Of a stretch of 64,000 nucleotides of DNA, positions 21,801 to 33,800 are shown piece after piece. The notes below the pieces were generated by a model. It did not search any database and had not been told where the DNA came from. It saw only the letters and a program-made list of their open reading frames with translations. Position numbers and translations under genes: made by a program. The DNA is from a virus. Numbering within the stretch: the stretch's first letter is position 1; the number at the start of each line of letters is the position of its first letter. The stretch is from IMG/VR virus record IMGVR_UViG_3300035396_000367, positions 27,738 through 91,737 of that record; one strand, given 5' to 3'.

Positions 21801-24800
21801 TACTAAAGCATCCTCTGCCGCATAGTATGAGTCAACAATACCTGATGCCCCCATACCTGATAAAGCTGCTGACAGTTCAGTTATAGCTTTTATATCCGCA
21901 TCGTATTTTTTACCAGCCGACAAAGCATCGCTTATTGCTTTTACTTTCTCTAACCCACTTATGTAAGTTGTTAGCATAGCAGACGATTCTTCCCAGTTAC
22001 TACCCTGTAAGTTAGGATCTTCAAGTATTGATTGAACACGAGATAACTCAGTAGCAAACTCTGAGGACATCTTTTCATAGTTATTAAATAACTTAGAGTT
22101 CCCAATCTTTCTACCAACTTCTTCTAGCGTAGTTAATTTATCAGTCAACTGGTCTATACCTAACGACGAAGAGTCTTTAGCATACTGGGCTGTCATATCC
22201 GAAACTAATTTTGGATTAACATACTCGCTACCTGCCATACTTTGTTTTTTTGCAGTTGATATTACAGTCTTCCACTTATCCAAAGCGTCTGACCTTTGAT
22301 CTATGGAACCGCCAGCAAACGAAGGACCAGATGAGAATTTCTTTGCATCTGTACCAACGTAGCTTATTCGTTGAGAAATCCTATCATGGTCTGCACTATC
22401 TATTTTACGATATGACTCGTACACAGCATCTAGAGCACCTTGCATTTCTCTTACGTTTTTAAGTTCAAACAGTTGACGAGCTTCTAATTTCAACTCAAAT
22501 TTCAACTCAGGATTTTCACTAAACTTACCAATCTCGTCGTTTAAGTCTTTCACCCTGGAAGTAATGGCTGAAATCTTAGCACCAGTCTCATCAAACGCAC
22601 CACCCATACCTTCGTATACTTTTCCAAGTGCACTTGCTTCGGATAATGACCTACCTAATGTTAATTTAGAACTTCTCTGTCTCATCTTTTCTAACTCAAA
22701 GTTTGACTTACCTAGTTCTTCACCTAATATTTGTGCGCTTTCTTCCATCCTTTTTATTTCTGAGGAGATATCTTCCTTCTTTTTAGGATCTGTCTCTCTT
22801 TGTAAATTACCTTGTTGAACAGACTTCATCTTCTCTAATAAAAGAATCCTTTCTTTTATTGTACTTACATACTTCTCGGCAGCATCTATACGACCCTTAT
22901 CGTCATTGTAGTTTTGTATTCCACCACCTTTTATTGCGGAAGTAACAGTATTTATATTCGAAAATGCAGCACCTACATCCATAACTGACTGCTTCAAACT
23001 GTTTGCAACATCACCAACGATGTACATATTTTTCAGCATACTCGTTGTCATTGATTCAAACTTAACACTATTTTTGTCTATGGACATACCTAGCGATTCG
23101 AACTGCCCAATAATGAAATCTAAGTTTTTCTGAACTTTTTCTTTGTACTCTTTCATCTGTTCAGCATTACCGGCACTCTTTGATGCTTCATCAAATATCT
23201 TTGAGAACGTAGTAACTTCACTGTACTGCACGCCCAATTCAGCAAGTGTTTGTCCCAGCTGACGAATCTGGGTTAGTGCCTCTTTACCTGATGTAAAAGT
23301 GTTATCAAAAATATCTACTGCCAATGCTTTTTGAATAGAGTCTACTGATTTTTTAACAACTGATAAATCAATACTACCGAAAGCCTTAACGTACATACTT
23401 GTAAGCTCTTCCTGTAAATATTTACCGTAGTTCACTAGTTCAGGATCACCTGACTTTTTCATTACATCAATTGTCTCTTTTATGTTACCACCTGAACGAC
23501 CAACAGCCGCAGAAAGTTTTGTAAAGTTCTCACCTACACCCTCCGCAGAAACTTTACCCATCCCCTGAAATGCAGTAGCCATCTCACGTACAGCTGTTTT
23601 AAACTCTTCTTTTTTCTTAGAAATTAGGTCAGTTATTTTAAGGTACTGCTCCATCGCCTTAGCTTGTTCTTCAATACTTTTTTGCTGAGCGTCAGACCCT
23701 GCTGCACCTAAAGCACCATCCGCATCGTCCCCCATTTCCTTCATACTTTTCGACATAGTTGCCATGGTCTCTGACATAACCTGTAAGTTTCTTGGATCAA
23801 CACCTACAGCTTTAAATATCTCGAGGAATCCTTCAGCCTCTTTCGTACCACCCATTCCAGCCTTTTTCAGTCCTTCTTTTATAGCCTTTTGCATCCCTTC
23901 AGAGGATCTACCTCCAGACTTTTTAAACTCTTGCTCGATACTCGCTAATACTGTACCGAATGATTTTTTAGCTTTATCTCCACCTTGCTCCGATATCATC
24001 CCTTTATAAATAGCTTTCGCTGCGTCAACACCTATACCTCTGGCATTGTTGATGGCGATAACAGCACCCATGCTCTGTTGTGTCAATCCTAGCATTTCAC
24101 CAAGAGAGTTCTGACGTGATATCATCGCTAAGTCTGCACCACTATTCATGATGGCATTAGCTTCTGTATTTATATTTTTTATCGATACTAATAATTTTGC
24201 AAAAGTTTTTTCATTGCTTGTAGCACGTACAACTGATGTATCTGTAGAGAACGAACCTACTGTTTCATTTGCGGATATTGATGTTAGTGCTTTCTTAAAT
24301 ACTCCCTTAGCTGAGGATGCATCTTTCTCCATCCCCTCAGCTAAAGACTTGATCTTCGCGACCTCTTCCTTAGCTTTCATTACATGAGTGTACCTTTCAT
24401 GAATTTCTTTTGCTAGAGCTTCTCCACCCTTTTTATCGGATATCCCGTACTCAAATTTAACCTCTGCTTTTACAGATTCTATGTCTGTACCCTTACCCTC
24501 ATCTACCATTTTACCAAAGTACTTACCCGCCTGTTTACCAGCGTTTTGTGTATTGTTTGCCTTTTTCAAACCGGCAGTTGCATCCTCTATATCTTTTCTG
24601 GATTGATTAACTAATGATTCATAATCAGCTGTAACTTTTGCAAGGTACTCTTTCATTCCTTCAACGCTAAATGCGTCTTCAATTGTCTTGTCAACAACTG
24701 ATGAAACTTTAGAAGAACTAACACTTCCTGGCTTAATTGTTTCATTTATTTTTTTAAGAAGTTTACCAGGTAGGTCTGTGTTATTCTGAATGAAATCAGT

Positions 24801-27800
24801 AGCATACTCCATTAAATCAATACCATCTATCTCACCAGATATTTTTGATCCAACATCTTCTAATGACGCGCGTACTGAGTCTACGTAACCTTTTCCATAA
24901 ACACCTAAGTCTTCAGTTGTCTTCCCTGTTGAAGCAACTGATGCAGTTTTAAACAACTTCTTCCCTGGCTCATCCAGTAACCCTTTCTCGCTACTATATG
25001 ATAACTGGTCGACAACACTTTTCTTTCGAACAATAGCTACCTGCCCAGACTGCTCTTTAACAACACTGGACATCGCTGCATCTATCTTCACTGCAGCACC
25101 AAACAAGTCTCCATAATTTGCAACAATAGATCCTATATGTTTCGACATGTCCTCAAGATACCTATTGTAATCCGATAATTCAACATCACCAAAATTAAGA
25201 AACTCTTTTGATACGGAAGACATTTTTGAAAGTTTATTAACAGACTTGTCTATTGCTTTGTCTAATACTTCAAAAGTTTCTGTGAAAGCTTTTACTGATT
25301 TTTGAGCTATACCTAAAGTATCAGTGTACGACACACTAGGTCCTGCACCTATACTCTGAACTTGTTTAAGTTCACCTCCATCTCCCTTTGCAGCCGTATA
25401 CGCTTCATTAACGCTTGAATACTGTTTAACCATTTCTTCACTAGCATATTTGTCAACCTTTTTCTGATCAAGCTTTCCGTCTGTGAGAAGACTCTCTTTT
25501 GGACTCAAGTCTATTACGCTTATTTTATTATCTGTGTTTAACAAGTAACTTTGAACTTCTTTATATTCACCGTTAGCCTGCTTCACACGCTTCGTAAATA
25601 CAGCAAGTGTATTCTCTGTTATTTTTGCAGCCTTATCCGCATCCAACTTTACATTCTCTGCGATGCCAGCATACATTCCATTTAAGTCTGTCGATACGGA
25701 TACTGAACCACTTGCAAGAGACTCTGCCAGTTGGTTAGCTCTTTCCCTTAGAGCTTTGTCTGCACCTGGTGCCTTGATTACACTCTCGGCCAGTCTACTA
25801 GATAGTGCTGTCATCTCGCTTACCGGTTGAGAAACATCAGCATTTCTAATGTAGTTAGCAAGGTCTCCGCCAACCATTTTAGAAATCATTACTTTCAAAC
25901 CTTTCTCGTAATCTGTTCCAAATGCCTCGAGCTGTCTTGTCATATTTATTGTAAACGCTCCGGCAGTATCAGACTTCTCAAGAATAGTACTAAGTAAGTT
26001 TACGACTTGGCCAGAACCCCTCTCACCTGCTTTTGTAAACAAACTATCCATTTGCTCAATCGCATCGTTTATATACGCCTGTGAGCTTACGTATTCTTCC
26101 GTAGCTTTCTTTACTTCTTTTGATTTTTTACTAATTAACTTTTCATTACCTGATTCTTTAGCAACTGATAAAGCAGCTTCTGCTTGTGATTTATTAGTAG
26201 TTGCTTTTTGTAAATCCTCAATTCGAGATGTACCTAAACTCGCACCAAACAATGACGAGATACCCTCGTACCACTTACCAGAACCTTTTCTATTCATAGC
26301 AGTGAAAACATCGTCGATAGCATTCGCAAGAGATATAATATAATCAACCTCACGTGCTTCTTCAATATCACGTAATGTTTTTGCAAAAACATCTAAACTA
26401 CTCGCAGATTTTAAAACTGCGACACCATATGTTGTATACCCGGCAACTACACCTGGCATTATACCAGCTAGATCCTTTCTTAGTTTTAGTTCACGGTCCA
26501 ATGCCTTTTCGTTCAGATTTGAAGCGTTAGAAACTTTCGAAGCAGCAGAGACATAAGCTTCTAGTGCACCCTGATTTTCTGAAAGACTGTATCTATCCTT
26601 TTCAATGTCTTTTCGTCTACCGGCCATAGCCTTCGAACCTTTCACGTCGGTGTTTGCTTTAATCGCACCGGCTCCAACACCAATACCAGCAATAGCGGCT
26701 GCCACGGCTGCTGCAATAGCTACAGGAGGTATAGCCAGTGTACCTGCAGCTGCTGCACCTCCACCACCCGCTGCACCACCCGCGAATAAACCTCGTAGCC
26801 CTGCGAATAAACCACCCTTTACTGCAATGTCTCTACCTGTATCTTTCACTACATCCTTAGTCTTTTTAGATAAAGTTTCTTTTGTAGCTTTTGCTGCGGC
26901 CTCCCTGGCAAGTACATCTGTAGCCGCGTCACCAAGCTGTGAGGTTTTCTTAGATATTTTACCTTTACCAGTTGACATACTCTCTCTTATTTTCATAAGA
27001 GCTATTTCTTGTTGTAACAAAGAATTAACCGCTGCTCTCTCACCTACTTCGCTTTTAACAGAAAGATTTAAACCTTCTTGTAAAACTTTAGTTTGACCAA
27101 GGGCTACAGCCTCTTTGTCTATACCTGCAACACTTACATTTTTCAATGCAGCAAACTCTGCAGCAAGCTTTTTCGAATCTATAGTGTTCTTCTTCAGTAG
27201 GCCACCGATCAAGGAGAAAGCATCCAACTGTCCACCTGTTAAAAGCTTTAATGCTGTTGCAGCAACAGCTGTTGTTGTAACTACTGTACCAAGCCCAACA
27301 ACTACAGTCCGTACTCCACCAGGTAATTCATTTACTGTACTTAGGATACCTCGAATAGCTTTAGCACCACCATCTAACACCGGAAGAGTGAGTTGACCGC
27401 TAACCTGAACAACTTCACCCCATGTATTCTTCAGCGACTCTAATGTTCGTTTTGTACTTTCCATCGCAATCTGATTTTCAGCCATTGCGGAACCGTTTGA
27501 GTATAATGAATCTGTTGTTGCCTTTGTAACAATATCCCAGTTTTCGAACATCGCTGTTACAAATGAACCGTATCGTACTTGACCTAACGATAAAGCTATC
27601 TGCTGTTTCTGAGCGTCTGTTATATTATTCCAGCTACCTGCCAAATCGTTAAAAACATCCTGTGCATCTCTGTACTCTTGTGCTGTCTTACGTATGGATA
27701 TACCTACTGAGTTCAATGACTCCTCTGCTTTATCCGTACGCATATTTGTAAGCATCTGTTTCATTACACGACCAATTGTAGAACCACCCTTACGTGTAAC

Positions 27801-30800
27801 TTCTTGCATAGCAGCAACCATACCATTCAACCGATTAAACTCTAAACCGGATATCTTTGCTAAAGCACCAACTTGCTTAACTGCTTCACCTAAATCTTTT
27901 GCAGTAACCGCGTTCTTATTAGCAACATTATTCCAAGAATCAAGAATTGCCATAGACTCTTTTAAACTAAAACTGTACTGTCGTGTTGCCGCAGTAAGGT
28001 TATCCATCGCCTCTACTTGTGTCATGTCAGTTACGTTTGCAGCAACAGCTGTTGTCTTTGTTAGCGATGTCACCTCTGCTTGACCAAGACCCTGCCTAGA
28101 AAACTCTATTGCAGTGCCCATAACATCATCTATCGGACGAGCCATTTCCTGAGCAATACCGTATAGATCATTTTTAATTTTACCAAAGTCAGTGGATGCT
28201 TCGCTCATTACCTGTCGTAGTGTATTTACCTGCTCTTCAACAGAAAGCATTGCACCTACTGCCTGACGAGCCTGCGCTTGAATACCATAGAATAAGTATG
28301 AACCAGCACCAAATTTAGCAATCCTACCCATAACAGTTTCGAGCTGTTTAGCTAAACCACCACGGAGTGCATTAGTACTCTCCTCAATAGATGTAGTGAC
28401 CCTACCTTGAGAATCAATAACCATTTTTAATAATCCAATCTCTCTACCACGTATGTCTAGAATTTTTTCTGTCTGGATTATTTCCTTACTTAGAACATCA
28501 AACCCCTGACCTTTAAGATCAATAGCAACAGCAGCAGTTGTCTTTGCTCTTTTGTTAAAGTCTTGCATTTGCTCTTTTACACGACTTGTTTCTATTTCAC
28601 GTATTCGTGTCGGATCACCCGAGTTTATAGCAGAGTCATACTCAAATGCATTTTTAGAACTAGCTATACTAGCTTTAAGTCCATCATACTTTGCAAAAGC
28701 ATTAAATGCCTGGGACTGTTGCTCTGGTGTCTTAGCAACCTTACCCATTGCTGTAAGTGATGTAACATATTCTTTTTGAACCATTGCAAGTTCTTTAAGT
28801 GACTGAAGTCTCTCCTCTAAAGGAACATTCGCGTCACGAGTTGTCTTAGCTATTTGAGATACGGAGGATGCATGTTTACCTACCTCAGCAAAAAGCTGTT
28901 CGAATGTACGTAGCCCTTTAGGAGTTGCATCCATTCCGGATATTTTAATAAGCATCTTTTCGAGTTTCTCTAACTCAAGCTCTGCACTTTTTATTGCTGC
29001 CACACCAAATGTTTTGTCTGCACCCTGTATGTTTCTTAGTTTATCTAACTCTTCCCTGTACTCGGAGATACCGCGTTTAACTGATGAGATAGCCTCTTTT
29101 TTTGATTTATCTGTTGTAGCACTTTCAACAGCTATTCCAATAATCTTTTTGTTAGTAGCGGCCAGGTACGATAACTCTCTAGCGTATAGTCTTACTTCGG
29201 ATGCTTGATCTTTCCACAAAGAGTTTTTCTTTGTTGTAGCCATATTCTGTAATGACTCTTTTGCTTTATCGCTTGATTCTATTAGTTCCTTTAGAGAACG
29301 TTCAATGTCTTTTATTTTTAACTCTGTACCCATGTCAAGCGCACCGTCACCGGCTATCTTTTGCTTTAAGGCTTGTATCGTTTCTAGCCTACCCTTCAGT
29401 GTTGTACCTGCTTCAGCACCTTCTTTCGGTTCTAAATAATTTGATAAAGCACTACTACTGGATGACCTTTCTATAATATTTTTAGAAGAATCATTTGCAC
29501 GTCTCGCTTCTCTTTTTAAATATTTTGAAAGTTTATCTGCGTCACCTATTTCTGACAGTAAAGACTCATAGCTCTCACCTGTAACTTTCTTCCCAGGTGT
29601 TTTAACACCTGATGCTGTCTCAGCAGCTGCCGCATTTAATGTTGGAACACCGGAACTTGCTTTTGATAGTCTTGTTTTTATATCACAAACATCCTGGTCT
29701 ATTTGCTCAAGTGTGCGTTTAAGCATAGAACCACTTTCTGTTATTGCTTTAACAAGCTTATCACAGCACTCCCCAAAGCCTTTAGCTTCTTCTGAACCAG
29801 TTGCATACTTTTTATCTTCAGTTGCCTGGTTAATAACTTTAGCTTTTTCTGACTCCATTGCTGCACTTTTCTCAAGTAACTCGTCATCAGATATACTTCT
29901 ACCTTTAAATGAAGACATCTTAGAATATGCTGTTTTAGCGTCAAACGTATCCCCGAACTCCAAGCCTTTGGAAGCCAAAAACTCATCCAAGAATTTACCT
30001 TTTACAGATGAGTCACCGTTTTTAGATGAAGCTACTTCAGCTTCAAATCTACTTTTCACTTCGGGTTTATTCATATGTTCTTGGAAACCAAGGTCCTTTA
30101 CAATCGACATTGAAGTTCCTGCAAGCTGAACCTCTCTTTCTGCTTCAGCTATAGGCTTATCTACTTTAACAATTGTAGCTACACGATTTACTAACTCCCT
30201 TAAACTTGTTAAAAACGTATTGTCTGCAGCACTCATCGTACCTTTTGAGGAAGCTTCTCTAATCGCTGTCATACGTGATTCTAACTGTGCAGATAATTCT
30301 AGTTCTGTCCCTTTATTATTCTCACCAAGAAGACCTTCCGTATTTAAGCCCTTTACAAACTCCTTACGAGGTATGTGTACAATATCTGTATCTATACCTG
30401 TTATCTTCCCTAAAGATTTACCCCAGTCTGACTCGGGTATGCTTCTCTGGTATAATGCCTGTTGTGTAGCAGACTTCTCCGCAACTTCTGTTGGTGAAAG
30501 TGTTGATGTTTTGTAATCTCTTACCTTTACTCTGTAGCCATCTCCGTCCTTAACAGCTCGTGCCTCATCCACAGTACCTAGAGAAGCACCATCACTACTT
30601 CTATCCAGTTTTTGCTCTACCGCAACGTACCCAGCTTCTATCTCTTTAGCAAAGTCTATATGAGAAAGATTTTCCAACGATTTGTGCACATTCTTACCTA
30701 TCGCAGCAGACTCTGATTCCTTACCTGAAAAGTCACGTCCCATCACAGCACCAAACAATGATGATTTTCCGAACATACCCCGCGTAGCTATACTCTGCAC

Positions 30801-33800
30801 ACCAGAAGGAGTGAGACCGCTATCCTTAGTTCCGTACCCTTGAGTTGCTACCATATTTCTGATGCCTTCTGCATAAGCATCTTCCATATTAGCACCGGAT
30901 ACTGTTCCCTGAGATACAACGTCTGTATCATAAATTTTCGTTGCGAGTTTTGAGTCTACAAGATTTCTACCTGTTTCTGGATCACCGTACACAATTGACT
31001 TCTGCGCAAGTTCGCTCCCATTTACGTAGTTACCAACTTCTTTTGCTGTGTTTTTAAACCTGTACTTCAGAGCTGCCGCTACACTAAATTTATCTGGATC
31101 TATTTTTGTCCCAGGAGCAGTTTTACCGGATTCAATATTACTTTGAAGCATCTGCTCTTCTTGCTTCTTTAAAACTTCACGTGTCCATTGAATCTCACGG
31201 TGTATACTCGCTTCAATTGCTTCTCGTGTTTTTACGTCTACAGTTTCACCAAAAGATTCTATACTTGAAACAAGTTTATCCCTTAATCTTTTTACCAAAG
31301 CATCGACACGCTCTTGGCCACCACTTGTGTTTGTATCTAAATCAGAAGGTTTGATATCACCAAACACCAATTTAGAAGAAAATGCTTCCAGGTTTCTATC
31401 TAAACCTTGCTCTTTACTTGCAGTGATACCAGCCATTATTTTCTGAATTTCTTCAGGCCTGTTATCCCCGATTAGCATACTACCAGATACTCTAGCCAAA
31501 ACACTCTTATCGCTGGATAAATGAGACCTATCACCTTTCTCAGTTTTAGCTGTTATTTCAGACTCTGTGATATCCTGAATTTTACTATTTACTTGAGATA
31601 AACCAGACTTAGCCTGGTTACGTGTTCTCTCATCAAAACCAGTTGATACAACCCTACCTTGACTTGTTTTAGTATAAAGTTTTGCTGTATCAAGATTACC
31701 GCCACGGAACACATCTTTCGCTTTGGTTAAGTCTGTCAGCAATAATAACTGTGACTCATCCGCCTTATCTATCGCAAGAGACAGTGCACTTCTCGCATCG
31801 AGGAAGGACATACCTTTTTCATTTATTTCCGTGAGAACACTTACCGCATTGCCTTTTAATGTGTCCAATGCACTTTTGTTTTTCTTTGGCTTACTGTTCT
31901 GACCGATCTGTGATGCTGTTTCTATTTTAGACATTGCTGAGTAGGCACGCTTAGAATAAGCAGCCGACTCGTCATAATTTGCAGCTGCCTGGTCTATCCC
32001 TATAACTATCCCCTCCAGGTCTTTTGAGACACGTGCAGATAATTTATCAATCATAGAAACTAAATCGAATCTCTCTGCAGCTGGTGCACTTTTTAATTGA
32101 CCAATTGCAACTTTTAATTTTGCAAGGTTGTCTACTGCTTTAGTTCGCTTTGATAAAATAGTGGAAGCTGTTCCTGGACGTACACCAGATTCTACTTTTG
32201 CTAAGTTTGCTACGTTATCCAATACTGCAACATTACTATCAATGTCTGAAATTATTGCTGCCAGTTCTTTATCAGGACCTTCTTTACTTGAGAATGCCGA
32301 CACAACCCTGTCGCCTATATTCTTAAGAATAGACTCGTCTATTGCTGCTACCTTGTCTGCAACCTCTGTAAAGTCCCGAGTGGAAGCGGAGTTCCCTTTT
32401 AGTTGAGCATCTGATTGTACCCTTACCATTAGTGTTCTAATAAACTCTTGATACTTCGGACTATTCTGTCTACTAGCACCTTTTACTTTTTTCAGTCTTT
32501 CATCCACAGAACCTTTCTCTGGACTAGACAAACCCTTGTAGTCTTTACCATACATTATTTTTGATAAATCTTCCGGAAGTCTTTCTAATTCTGCTACTGT
32601 AAAACCTTCGTACGCTGCTTTATTCTCCGGTGACTCTAGGCTAGTACGCTCTTTCTCTGTAAGATCGTTATAATCCTTTCCCAAAATCTGTTTAGCTTTG
32701 AACTTTTTAAGCTCATCAAAGAACTCTTGCGTAGGCGAGTATATACCTCTCTCACTTCCAAGAAATTCAGAGTCCTTATACTCCATCTTCCCGGACGTAC
32801 CCTTAACCTCAACTTTTTTCTGGAAGTATACTGCCATCTGGTCTGACAGTCTTCTAATAGCATCTGCTTCGCTTTTAGATACCTCTAGCTTCCTTCCATT
32901 TTTAACTAAGTCTCCTGACTCATCAAACTCACCTATTGATGTCCCCATACTCTTAAACGCTTTTACAGTTTCTTCGATTGAGGTTGGCTGAACTGTAAGA
33001 GGCTCTGAACGTAAGTTTCCTTCCTTATCCATCCTATGTTTGTACTTCAGTTTGTCAATTGACACACCTTTGAATACATCCAGCATGTTATTTATAGTTC
33101 TCTCGTAGTCGTTGTCCTTCGCAGATCTGTCACGCGACCCCTCACTCGCATGGAAACCACCTATAGATTTTAGTTCATCTAACTGTGGGTCAGATGACTT
33201 CATGCTACCAGGCTCTCCTGTCTCATTTCGTATCTCATCACTACTCATACCCGATTTTGTGATGTAAGTTGTTTTATCAGGGTCTTCTTTTGTTCGTTGC
33301 ACTAACTCTAAGTCTTTTGTTACACTTATAATGTACTTCTTTATACGAGCTAAAGCTTCTTGCTCTCTCTTCTTTAAATCAAAGGCCGGCATTTTACCAC
33401 CTTCAACTTTGGATACATCAGAGTACGCTTTTGCAGGCATAGTTACGTACTCGTTCCATATTGCATCTATCGATTGCTGTACATCCGCTGAGGATAGCTG
33501 CCCTTGATCTATAGCCGCGTTTAATCTTTGCTCAGGTGTGAGCTTCTCGGCAATACCTCTCAGTCTATCCTCGCTGAAAGCATTTATTAAAGCACCATCT
33601 ACACTCTGCTTAGTTTCATCCCACTTACGAGATACTGATGTAGAAGAATCCTTCCCACGTGAACCTGAAACTCCAACTACTTTTTTTACAAATTCCCCTA
33701 TATTTTTCTCAACTACTGAAACAGCTTCTTTCGCGGAGCTTATCTCTTTAACAGGCGCATTAGAACTCTTTAGTTGATCTAACTTCACAGTTGCTGCGTC

